A stretch of 39,813 bases of DNA, taken from assembly GCA_964501035.1 (NCBI GenBank), contig CAZCRK010000008.1, positions 1 to 39,813 of the forward strand, given 5' to 3'. The notes under the pieces are model-generated. The model saw only the letters and a list, made by a program, of their open reading frames with translations, was not told the DNA's origin and did not search any database. How positions within the stretch are numbered: the stretch's first letter is position 1; each line of letters begins with the position of its first letter. The translations under genes and the position numbers were made by a program. Positions 30,038-39,075 of this stretch are shown piece by piece.

Positions 30038-31519
30038 TTATTTTGAACGATTTTCAATAAGATTATAAACTAATCTTACTGCAACACCAGTAGCACCTGT
30101 TTTGGGTTGATATCCAGGAGTAGTTGGACCCCAAGCGGTTCCAGCAATATCCATATGACACCAAGGTGTATCTCCCACAAATTCTTGTAAAAAGGCTCCA
30201 GCTGTAATGGTTCCTGCCAACCTGTTCCTGCCAAGATTTTTTATATCCGCGATTTTAGATTTAATATCTTTACAATATGAATCCCATAACGGTAATTGCC
30301 ATACTTTCTCTGCGGTAATTTCACTTGAACTTTTTATCTCATCAATAAATTCTTGATTGTTACCCATAACACCACTTGCTTGATCGCCAAGGGCCACTAA
30401 TACTGCTCCGGTTAGTGTAGCAAAATCCATCATTGCACTTGGTTGGTATTTATCCACTACATAAGAAAGCACATCAGCAAGTACCAAACGGCCTTCAGCA
30501 TCTGTATTTAAAACTTCAATTGTTTTTCCATTATATGCGGTTACAATATCACCAGGGCGCTGAGCTTTACTACCTGGCATATTTTCAGTAGCACCAATTG
30601 CAAATATAATATTGAGTTTTGGTTTAAGTTGCGAAACAGTTTCCATAACGCCTAATACAGTTGCGCTACCGCACATGTCAAACTTCATTTCATCCATTTT
30701 AGCACCTGGTTTTAATGAGATACCACCACTATCAAAAGTTAACCCTTTCCCAACTAAAGCAAATGGTTTTTCATCTGATGATGCACCATTATATTCAGCA
30801 ATAATCATTTTTGCAGGCTCTGCACTTCCCATAGCAACACCATAAAATGCTCCCATGCCCATTTCTTGAAATTTACTTTCGTCAATAACTTTAAAATTCA
30901 TATTACCTTTTTTAGCAATATCTTCTGCATATTCTGCCATATATGTTGGTGTTAAAATATTGGCTGGATGATTACCCATATCTCTTGCTACACTCACACC
31001 CGAAGCAATATCAAAACCACTTTTGATCAAATACTCATCTACATCACCAAGAATTTGTACAGTTGAAACAGTAAATTTATTTTTATCTTCTGACTTATAA
31101 TCCAAAAACTGATATGACCCTAAAGCAATACCTTCAGTAAGGGCTTGAGTGAATTCATCATGTAAATCAAACGAAGCTGAATCTACTGCAAATGTATCCA
31201 GTTTAGAACTGTTTGCAATATTAGTTAACTTCGCACCAATGCTTCGCGATTCATCTGTAGTAAGTTTGGATTTTTTTCCTAAACCAATTAAAGTAATTCT
31301 TCCGATTTCGTCATTGGCATATATAGTTACACTTTTTCCAGATTTCCCAGTAAAAGATTCAATTTTAACAGCATTTGTAATTATTGAGTTTAAAGATGCA
31401 TTTAGCTTTGAGATGTTATCATGAATATCTCCATCTTCAAAGACACCTAAAAATAATTGTGGGGTTTTAATGTTTAAAACAGAAGTTGATTCTGCTGTTA
31501 TTTTATTTATACTTAACAT
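30038..31519 (-). CDS. pepA: Leucyl aminopeptidase (M17)
   Basis: VGKGLTFDSGG, MKFDMCG, NTDAEGRLVLAD, ATLTGA. Confidence 0.96.
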   Translation of the reverse strand: MLSINKITAESTSVLNIKTPQLFLGVFEDGDIHDNISKLNASLNSIITNAVKIESFTGKSGKSVTIYANDEIGRITLIGLGKKSKLTTDESRSIGAKLTNIANSSKLDTFAVDSASFDLHDEFTQALTEGIALGSYQFLDYKSEDKNKFTVSTVQILGDVDEYLIKSGFDIASGVSVARDMGNHPANILTPTYMAEYAEDIAKKGNMNFKVIDESKFQEMGMGAFYGVAMGSAEPAKMIIAEYNGASSDEKPFALVGKGLTFDSGGISLKPGAKMDEMKFDMCGSATVLGVMETVSQLKPKLNIIFAIGATENMPGSKAQRPGDIVTAYNGKTIEVLNTDAEGRLVLADVLSYVVDKYQPSAMMDFATLTGAVLVALGDQASGVMGNNQEFIDEIKSSSEITAEKVWQLPLWDSYCKDIKSKIADIKNLGRNRLAGTITAGAFLQEFVGDTPWCHMDIAGTAWGPTTPGYQPKTGATGVAVRLVYNLIENRSK

Positions 31520-31613
31520 AATTCTCCATTTTTTATATAAAAATAAGTCCGTAAATTTATCCTACTTTTAAAGCTAACTACAAGAAATAGAAACTAAAAT
31601 TATAAAGGATAAC

Positions 31614-32468
31614 ATGCATACAACAGGAATGCTTAGAAAAGGAACACTTGATGGAAATACAATAATTGTAACTGGCGGAGGCACAGGTCTTGGAAAGTCA
31701 ATGACGAAGTACTTTCTTGAGTTGGGTGCTAATGTTGTAATTACAAGTAGGAAACTTGATGTTCTAGAAAAAACTGCTTCAGAATTGTGTGAAGAGAGTT
31801 CTGATAAAATATTACCTATAGCATGTGATGTTAGAAATCACAATGAAGTTAATAATGTGATTAAAGAAACTCTTTCTCAATATGGACAAATTACAGGTTT
31901 GGTTAATAATGCTGCTGGAAATTTTATTTCACCAACAGAAAATTTATCGGTCAAAGGATTTGATGTAATTGTAGATATAGTTTTAAAAGGTACATATAAT
32001 TTTTCATTATTGTTAGGCCAAGATTGGATAAAAAAGAAGCAAAGCGGTACGGTATTAAATATTGTAACAACATATGCTTGGACGGGATCAGGCTTTGTAG
32101 CACCATCAGCAGCAGCAAAGGGTGGTGTTTTAGCTCTAACCCGTTCCCTAGCTGCTGAATGGGGTAAATATAAGATTAGAACAAATGCAATTGCTCCAGG
32201 ACCATTCCCTACTGAAGGCGCATGGTCACGTTTGTTTCCCAAAGTATTGCAAGCAGTTGTTGACCCGAAAAAACGAATTCCATTAAAACGATATGGTGAA
32301 CATCAAGAACTTGCAAATTTAGCAGCATATTTAATGTCTGAATATTCAGCGTATATAAATGGTGATGTAATTACAATTGATGGCGGTGAATGGATTCACA
32401 ATGCTGGTGAATTTAACTGGTTAGATAAAATTCCTAAAAAGATGTGGAAACTATTTAGTAAAAGATAA
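31614..32468 (+). CDS. SDR oxidoreductase, 2,4-dienoyl-CoA reductase (DECR-like)
   Basis: TGGGTGLG, NNAAGNF, SAAAKGG, LAAEWG, IAPGP. Confidence 0.85.
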   Translation: MHTTGMLRKGTLDGNTIIVTGGGTGLGKSMTKYFLELGANVVITSRKLDVLEKTASELCEESSDKILPIACDVRNHNEVNNVIKETLSQYGQITGLVNNAAGNFISPTENLSVKGFDVIVDIVLKGTYNFSLLLGQDWIKKKQSGTVLNIVTTYAWTGSGFVAPSAAAKGGVLALTRSLAAEWGKYKIRTNAIAPGPFPTEGAWSRLFPKVLQAVVDPKKRIPLKRYGEHQELANLAAYLMSEYSAYINGDVITIDGGEWIHNAGEFNWLDKIPKKMWKLFSKR

Positions 32469-32470
32469 TT

Positions 32471-32920
32471 TTATAAATCAGTTTTAGTGTAGATAGCAAA
32501 GCTAGTAGGAGTTTCCCATAGTTTAACAGAATGCAATGTAACCCCTGTATTGTAAGTATCTTTAAATTTATCTTTTAAGTGTTTGAAAATATACTTTGCT
32601 ACATTTTCAGCAGTCGGAGTAAATGGTACAATTACTGGCTTATGTCCTTTTGCTGTTTTAAAAAAATCTAAGAGTTCGAAATCTTTATCCCATACCATAA
32701 AAGCATGATCCAACTTATCATGAATTAGTTGTTTTGAAATTGATTTAATATCACTAAAGTCAATAACCATTCCTTCTTCAGATTCATCATTTTCTTCAAC
32801 TAAATTCCCTTCAATGCATATTTCTGCCTTGTACCTGTGGCCATGTAACCCTTTGCATACTGAACGATGATTCATCACCCTATGCCCCATATCCCATTGA
32901 ATTATTTTTACTACTCTCAT
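32471..32920 (-). CDS. queD: 6-carboxytetrahydropterin synthase / PTPS family
   Basis: CKGLHGHRY, GMVIDF, LDH, PTAENVA, LWETPTS. Confidence 0.85.
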   Translation of the reverse strand: MRVVKIIQWDMGHRVMNHRSVCKGLHGHRYKAEICIEGNLVEENDESEEGMVIDFSDIKSISKQLIHDKLDHAFMVWDKDFELLDFFKTAKGHKPVIVPFTPTAENVAKYIFKHLKDKFKDTYNTGVTLHSVKLWETPTSFAIYTKTDL

Positions 32921-32921
32921 T

Positions 32922-34085
32922 TTAGCTTTCTGTCATTGTTATTTCAAATGTATATCCACGTTTTTCACCTTCAAACTTGAATTCTGAACCTGTAATTGCA
33001 TTTTCTACCGACATAGCACCTGGATTCAGCTTTCCTTCGGCAATTTTAATACAGACCATAGAAGCATGCCAGCCTGTCCACTTTTCCATAGCTAAAAATT
33101 GTGTATTTTCATCAAAATACTCAACTGAATTTACCTGTGCAATTGTTTGCTTCCCATTTTTTTTCCCGTGTGCTTCAGTACGCATAATACACACATCTTT
33201 TACAGGTCCATTGTCTAGTTGTGGTGCAAGTAGTGTGTGATAAAACTCTCGAGGAATAATTTCGTGGTTTCCCAATTTTACCTTTTCTTGACTAAACAAT
33301 CCGAGCTGACGATATGCTATCATTTCTGACCAATGACCTTGGTACCTTAACGTTTTGTTTTCAAGTGTACGAAGTTTATTCTCAAATGTCCATGGCATTG
33401 TGGATAATCCGCCAGAAGTTACAGCAGCCTCTAATTTGCCGATAGATTTAAAATTTAAAATTTCGATATCAGAAAAACATGGTACTTCAGTTAATTGATT
33501 GTTCCGTAAAAAATATGCATTTCCATCATATTCATTGGTTAAACCATCAATATGAAAAAATAAATTATAATTCCACGGAGGAGATGGATTTTGAGGTAAT
33601 CCTCCATCCCATATAAAAACATCTTCAGGTTCATCAAGTTGTTCCATAGCTAACAAAGCCATAGTGATGTTCATTCCTGGCCCCATTCCGCAATCAGGAA
33701 CTATATTTATTCCTGAAACCTTGGCTTCATTATGTTTAGATAACTGTTCTCTTACATTATCTGTATGACCCCCTAAGTCTACCATGCTTGTATTCGTTTT
33801 AATTGCAATTTTAGTTAATCCGATATTGAATTTATATGGAACAGCACTAAGCATAACATCCACATCTTGTAAAATACGTGTTAATTTTGCTTCATTAGTT
33901 ATATCCACTTCTTCAGGGACACATATATTTTTATTTAATAAAGTGTTTATTCTAATTGCCGCTGTTTGGGCGGCTTCAAAAGAATAGTCAAGCATAATTA
34001 TTTTACTAGCATTTCCAAATTTTGCTAAATCGTAACCAGATGCTGTACCTTGTTTTCCGCTCCCTATAACGCAGTAATTAAACAT
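32922..34085 (-). CDS. Saccharopine dehydrogenase family oxidoreductase
   Basis: Rossmann IGSGKQG, VDLGG, PDCGMGPG, GGLPQNP.PP.NY, GL.NEY, KTLRY.GH. Confidence 0.85.
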   Translation of the reverse strand: MFNYCVIGSGKQGTASGYDLAKFGNASKIIMLDYSFEAAQTAAIRINTLLNKNICVPEEVDITNEAKLTRILQDVDVMLSAVPYKFNIGLTKIAIKTNTSMVDLGGHTDNVREQLSKHNEAKVSGINIVPDCGMGPGMNITMALLAMEQLDEPEDVFIWDGGLPQNPSPPWNYNLFFHIDGLTNEYDGNAYFLRNNQLTEVPCFSDIEILNFKSIGKLEAAVTSGGLSTMPWTFENKLRTLENKTLRYQGHWSEMIAYRQLGLFSQEKVKLGNHEIIPREFYHTLLAPQLDNGPVKDVCIMRTEAHGKKNGKQTIAQVNSVEYFDENTQFLAMEKWTGWHASMVCIKIAEGKLNPGAMSVENAITGSEFKFEGEKRGYTFEITMTES

Positions 34086-34196
34086 AAAAACACTTCCTCT
34101 TTCTTTATTAATCTTGTAATTTATAGTCGTAAATTAAACCACAATTTGGATATTTTCAGAGAAGATAATATTTTATAAAGAGAAAAGGAAAGCATA

Positions 34197-36656
34197 ATGA
34201 ATGTTAGAATACAGCTTGTAATAATTACTATTTTTATTTCAATACCAATTTTTGCCCAGTCATCATATACTATGTGGAACTCATACTCAGTTAGTACATC
34301 AGATAATTTAAATGCATTGTTTCATAATCCAGCAGGCCTAGGTATTGATCGTGGAAAACAGAGTGGTGTTTTCTTTCAAAGTGATTCTTTAGGTGGTTTT
34401 GATAACCCTTCGTTTTATTGTGCATATAGAAGTAATGGGTTCGGTCTAGACTTATCGTATGGTCAAAATGATAAGTATGAATTTGGATTTGGGTTTGCTA
34501 GTGAAGTCGCAAAGAACTTGAACTTTGGGTTTAAATGGAATAAACACTCAGACTATTCTGCTGGGTTGTTGTTTAGACCAGTTAATTGGGTTTCTTCAGG
34601 CTACACTATTTGGACAGATCATAATTATAAACAAACACGACAGGAAGTTGGATTAGCGTTTAGACCTCTTGCTCTATTAAACAATGCATCTTTACAAAGA
34701 TTAAACCTTACAGTTGGCGCAGAAGCTTTTACTGAAGAAAGTGATTGGAATTCAAGAAAACTATCACATTTTGTATCACTTACTCCGTTTGGAGGCTTAG
34801 AATTATCAGCAATTTTTAAAAATGAAGATACAAACGAATTTTTATTAAACTTATCAGTCAATTTTGGAAAAGGTGGTTTTTCATTTAGCGGTGGTGAGTC
34901 AACAAAAAGTCGTTCAATTGGTTATTATTCCTATTCACAACATCAACACTCTGATGTTAAAAAAACATTAACTCCAAAACCAAAATATATTCGAATGGAC
35001 TTAGAAGGCATATTTATTGAAGAAAGGCCGTACGAACCTCCATTTAATTTAAATATTGAGTTTAATATTTTTGGTGGATCCGATCAAAAAGGTACACAAT
35101 TAAGAACTTGGATAGACGAAATTGACTCTTTTACACAGGATGAAAACATTAAGGGCTTGATTATTGATTTAGGTTCTGTTAGAGCTGGGTTTGCTAAACG
35201 TGGAGAAATGAGAGATGCTCTCACCCGTTTCAAAAATGCAGGCAAAAAAATCATAGTGCATTCTAAACATTCCGTTTCAAATATGAATTATTATTTGGTT
35301 TCAATGGCTGATGAAATATATCTTCATGAAATGAATGGTGTTGATTTAAAAGGTCTCAATATGGAAGTTACTTTTATTCGATCATTATTAGATTCTTTAT
35401 ATATTGAACCAGAAGTATTTCGAATCAGTCCTTATAAAACTGCTGGTGATATGTTTTTAAACAAGGAAATGTCAGAAGAAATGCATGTTAATTACTCGAA
35501 AATGTTAGATGATTATTATGAATTGTTTGCCAGTGGAATTGCAGAAAACAAATTAATAAGTATTGATTCTGTAAACACTCTTATCGATAATGGTCCGTAT
35601 ACAAATGCTCAATATGCAATTGATGCAGGATTAATAACCGATATAAAGTACCCAGACGAATTTGAAACGTATATAGAATCTATTGAAGAAAATTACAATA
35701 TAGTAAAATGGTCAGATATCGATAGAAGTGATGAGTATGTTTTTGATTGGGTTCCAGAAGAAAATCCAAAAATTGCAATTGTATATGCAGTTGGTGGAAT
35801 TGTTTCAGGTGAAAGCAATCCTAGCATTTCAGGTTCAACCAGAATGGGTGATGAAACCATAACAAAAGCTATTAAATCAGCACGAGAAAATGAAGATGTA
35901 AAAGCTGTTGTCTTAAGAATTGACAGCGGAGGAGGATCTGCTCTTGCTTCAGATATGATGTGGAAAGAAGTTCAAAACACTACAGTTTCTGATACCGCAA
36001 ATATAAAACCATTTATTGCTTCTATGTCAGATGTAGCAGCATCTGGTGGTTATTATATTGCATGTCAAGCAGACACAATTGTTGCAGACCCTGCAACTCT
36101 GACTGGTTCAATAGGTGTGATTGGGTTAAACTTAAATTTTTCAAAACTACTCAACAAAATTGGAATTAATTTTGGTCAAATTAAACGAGGTGAACATGCT
36201 GATTTTCAATCTGCAACTCGACTTGTCACTGAAGATGAACGTGAAATTATTATGTCTGAGATCAAAAATATTTATAATATATTTAAACAACGAGTCATTG
36301 ATGGGCGTGAAAACTTCAATAATTTAGATTCATTAGATGCAATTGCATTGGGTCGTGTTTGGTCTGGTAATGAAGCCAAGCAAAATGGATTAATCGATGA
36401 AATTGGTGGAATTCATGATGCAATTACACTAGCGAAATCTGCCGCTGGAATTTCCGAAGATCAAGAAATTGATATTGTTGAGTATCCAAGACATGATTTA
36501 GGGATTTTTTCTAATGTTAAGATTAACGCAAATACAGATATAAATACATTTCTACCAGAACAATTGTTTAATAAGTTAGATGTATTGAATATAATACCTA
36601 TTATTCTTGATGATGAAATTCAATTACTTGTGCCCTACTCTATCTCAGTTAAATAA
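34197..36656 (+). CDS. sppA: Signal peptide peptidase SppA (tandem S49 domains) with ~260-aa N-terminal extension
   Basis: YKTAG (Lys), VLRIDSGGGSA, AASGGYYIA (Ser), TLTGSIGV, GRVWSG..A...GLIDEIGG; signal peptide ending IFA-Q. Confidence 0.92.
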   Translation: MNVRIQLVIITIFISIPIFAQSSYTMWNSYSVSTSDNLNALFHNPAGLGIDRGKQSGVFFQSDSLGGFDNPSFYCAYRSNGFGLDLSYGQNDKYEFGFGFASEVAKNLNFGFKWNKHSDYSAGLLFRPVNWVSSGYTIWTDHNYKQTRQEVGLAFRPLALLNNASLQRLNLTVGAEAFTEESDWNSRKLSHFVSLTPFGGLELSAIFKNEDTNEFLLNLSVNFGKGGFSFSGGESTKSRSIGYYSYSQHQHSDVKKTLTPKPKYIRMDLEGIFIEERPYEPPFNLNIEFNIFGGSDQKGTQLRTWIDEIDSFTQDENIKGLIIDLGSVRAGFAKRGEMRDALTRFKNAGKKIIVHSKHSVSNMNYYLVSMADEIYLHEMNGVDLKGLNMEVTFIRSLLDSLYIEPEVFRISPYKTAGDMFLNKEMSEEMHVNYSKMLDDYYELFASGIAENKLISIDSVNTLIDNGPYTNAQYAIDAGLITDIKYPDEFETYIESIEENYNIVKWSDIDRSDEYVFDWVPEENPKIAIVYAVGGIVSGESNPSISGSTRMGDETITKAIKSARENEDVKAVVLRIDSGGGSALASDMMWKEVQNTTVSDTANIKPFIASMSDVAASGGYYIACQADTIVADPATLTGSIGVIGLNLNFSKLLNKIGINFGQIKRGEHADFQSATRLVTEDEREIIMSEIKNIYNIFKQRVIDGRENFNNLDSLDAIALGRVWSGNEAKQNGLIDEIGGIHDAITLAKSAAGISEDQEIDIVEYPRHDLGIFSNVKINANTDINTFLPEQLFNKLDVLNIIPIILDDEIQLLVPYSISVK

Positions 36657-36668
36657 AGGAGAATTTTA

Positions 36669-37910
36669 ATGATTAAATATATATTCCTGTTATTATTTTT
36701 AATATCAACAATCTTTTCTCAAGACAGGTCATCAATTTATAATACTGGGTCTCCAATTGGAACAGATGGGTATTCAATTCATTTGAATTCTGATGGAACC
36801 GGTCAGACGGTAGCAAATAGATTTACATCATACAATAACTACGTTTTAGAAGCTTTTACATTTTATGCAAGTTTTCAGTCAGATGAAGCTACAGTAGTTG
36901 CAAAAATTTATGAGGATAATGACAATTCACCAGGGAATATATTGTTTGAGAAGGAATTAGAATTAAATCCTAATTTTGCTTCTGGGAGAGAATATGTAAT
37001 ACTTGCAAATGATGATTGTTATTATTTAGAAAAAGACAGTTATTATTGGTTGTCACTTCAAGCAAATGACACCACATCTTCAGTTACTTGGCTATATTCA
37101 CCCAGTCCATATTTTCCATATTCTATTAGTACCAATAATGGTGAAACATGGTCATCCACAGGCTACAGTTATTCAGGAGCTTCTAAAGTATATGGAATTG
37201 ATATCTATGAACAAGAGCAGATTGCTGGTGATATAAATTTTGATAATGTAGTAAATGTGTTAGATGTTGTAGGAATTGTTGGATTTATCATGGAAACCAA
37301 TGAATTAACCGAAGAGCAGCAGAATTTGGCCGATTTAAACCATGATGCTATAGTAAATGTACTTGATATTGTCTCGCTTGTGGATTTAATTTTATCAACT
37401 TCTGAGCCAAACTACACTTTTCTACTAGAAGATATTAATCCAAATTCATCATCATTTACTGAAATGATTGGTCCTGCAACATATAGTGGCCAAATTTCAT
37501 GTTACTACTTTGGGAAAGCTGGCTGAAGTACATGCAGACACCGGTTCGGTGTTGTAAATGATTTGTACAATGATTTATTAGATGAAGGAATAACTGATGT
37601 TAAAATGATGGGTATTAATGGGTATCAGTACATAAATGATAGTTATACCTGTATGATTTGTGAAACACCAGAGAACTGTTCGAGCTGTAATGAAATTAGA
37701 TATTTACCTTGGGTACAAGAAACTGACGAAACAAATGTTTGGTCTGAATGGAATATTACACTACGAGATTTTGTAATTTTAGATAGAAATGGTGTAGAAA
37801 TTACACGAGTTAATTTAACTCCGTATAATCCATCTCCCGAAGGTACGGCTAGTTGTTCAGGAAATTACGAAGCAATTAAAGAAATTATTTTAAATGCAAT
37901 TAATCAATAA
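36669..37910 (+). CDS. Secreted dockerin-containing thioredoxin/AhpC-TSA-fold selenoprotein (Sec286, UxxC), 413 aa
   Basis: In-frame TGA at 37524-37526 reads on as S-T-C-R-H-R-F-G-V-V-N-D into the 37563..37910 ORF with no other stop; SECIS-like hairpin directly downstream; signal peptide; AAGGAG SD. Confidence 0.85.
37227..37394 (+). repeat. Type I dockerin-like duplicated Ca-binding motif within the selenoprotein
   Basis: GDINFDNVVNVLDVVGIVGFIM ... ADLNHDAIVNVLDIVSLVDLIL. Confidence 0.88.
37531..37560 (+). promoter_or_regulatory. Bacterial SECIS-like element
   Basis: TGCA(37533-36)/TGTA(37553-56), bulged G, ACACCG(37538-43)-GTT-CGGTGT(37547-52); apical loop starts with GU 17 nt after the UGA. 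Confidence 0.75.
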
Positions 37911-37925
37911 ATTATTAAATACAAC

Positions 37926-37975
37926 TTGTACAGTTATATTTTATTGTTTTAAATTTTATATAGGAATAATTACTA
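37926..37975 (+). promoter_or_regulatory. Putative promoter plus Fur/Per-box-like 7-1-7 operator upstream of perR/fur
   Basis: TTGTAC-N18-TAAATT (37926-37955), then TAGGAAT-A-ATTACTA (37961-37975; inverted repeat with one mismatch). Confidence 0.6.
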
Positions 37976-37981
37976 CTTAAT

Positions 37982-38350
37982 ATGAGATATAGTTATCAAA
38001 GAGAAACAATAGAGAGTACAGTTAAGTCTGTAAAAACGCATCCAACAGCTCAGGAAGTCTATGAAATGGTGCAGGATAAAATACCAAATATTAGTTTAGG
38101 TACTGTATATAGAAATCTACAACAGCTTGTAAAACATGAGAAACTCTTAGAAGTTAGTATTAACGGTGTTTCTCATTTTGATGGAGACTTGTCTGTACAT
38201 CAACATTTCTATTGTTCCACTTGTGAGAGTATTTTTGATATTTTCTCAAATTTAAGTGACAGTTTTAATTCAGACATTGAATCGATGCCTCATAATGTTG
38301 ACACTATTGATATTCGATTTAAAGGTACTTGCGAAAACTGTAATACATAA
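37982..38350 (+). CDS. Fur-family regulator, probably PerR-like
   Basis: HPTAQEVY, ISLGTVYRNL, H.HFYCSTC, C-terminal CENC; directly upstream of ahpC and sod. Confidence 0.88.
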   Translation: MRYSYQRETIESTVKSVKTHPTAQEVYEMVQDKIPNISLGTVYRNLQQLVKHEKLLEVSINGVSHFDGDLSVHQHFYCSTCESIFDIFSNLSDSFNSDIESMPHNVDTIDIRFKGTCENCNT

Positions 38351-38368
38351 TATATAAGGATACATACC

Positions 38369-39013
38369 ATGTTAGTAACGAAGCATGCTCCAGAATTTAC
38401 TGCACAAGCAGTAATGCCTGATAACTCAATTCAAGAAATAAGTCTCTCAAATTATAAAGGAAAGAAAGTCGTTTTATTCTTTTATCCTCTTGATTTCACG
38501 TTTGTTTGCCCAACTGAACTTATTGCTTTCAACCATCGTTTAGATGAATTTAAATCCAAAGGTGTTGAAGTACTAGGTTGTTCTATTGATTCACAATTCT
38601 CACATTTAGCATGGAAAAATACAGATGTTAATAATGGTGGAATTGGTAATGTGCAATATCCTTTAATTGCTGATTTAGATAAATCTATCTCACGAGATTA
38701 TGAGGTACTATTGGAAACCAGTGATGTACTCGTAGAGACTGATGAAGATGTGGTTTCACAAAGTATTGGTGGAACTGTTGCCCTTCGTGGATCTTTTCTA
38801 ATTGATGAAGAAGGTGTGATACGGCACGCAGTTATCAATGATTTGCCTCTCGGTAGAAACATTGATGAAATGTTACGAATGGTGGATTCACTTTCTTTCC
38901 ATCAAAAACATGGCGAAGTATGTCCAGCTGGATGGAATGAAGGAGATGCCGGTATGGAAGGTAGTACTGAAGGTGTAGCATCATACTTATCTGATAACGC
39001 ATCAAATCTTTAA
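38369..39013 (+). CDS. ahpC: Typical 2-Cys peroxiredoxin (AhpC/Prx1)
   Basis: [31 protein letters not shown]. Confidence 0.96.
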   Translation: MLVTKHAPEFTAQAVMPDNSIQEISLSNYKGKKVVLFFYPLDFTFVCPTELIAFNHRLDEFKSKGVEVLGCSIDSQFSHLAWKNTDVNNGGIGNVQYPLIADLDKSISRDYEVLLETSDVLVETDEDVVSQSIGGTVALRGSFLIDEEGVIRHAVINDLPLGRNIDEMLRMVDSLSFHQKHGEVCPAGWNEGDAGMEGSTEGVASYLSDNASNL

Positions 39014-39023
39014 TTAAACTGAT

Positions 39024-39043
39024 TAGGGGAGATATCTCCCCTA
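39024..39043. repeat. Perfect 20-bp palindrome between ahpC and sod
   Basis: TAGGGGAGATATCTCCCCTA equals its own reverse complement. Confidence 0.85.
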
Positions 39044-39075
39044 TTCTACTTTTGTAACATTAATCAGGAGAAATA

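Noticed and set aside
37524..37526. Genome-wide UGA reassignment (code 4/25) as the explanation for read-through
   Set aside because: All other conserved genes are full length under code 11 with no internal TGA; TGA at 11225-11227 appears to be a normal stop
37563..37910. Independent 115-aa gene starting at TTG
   Set aside because: No clear SD and in frame with the upstream ORF; better explained as the C-terminal part of the selenoprotein
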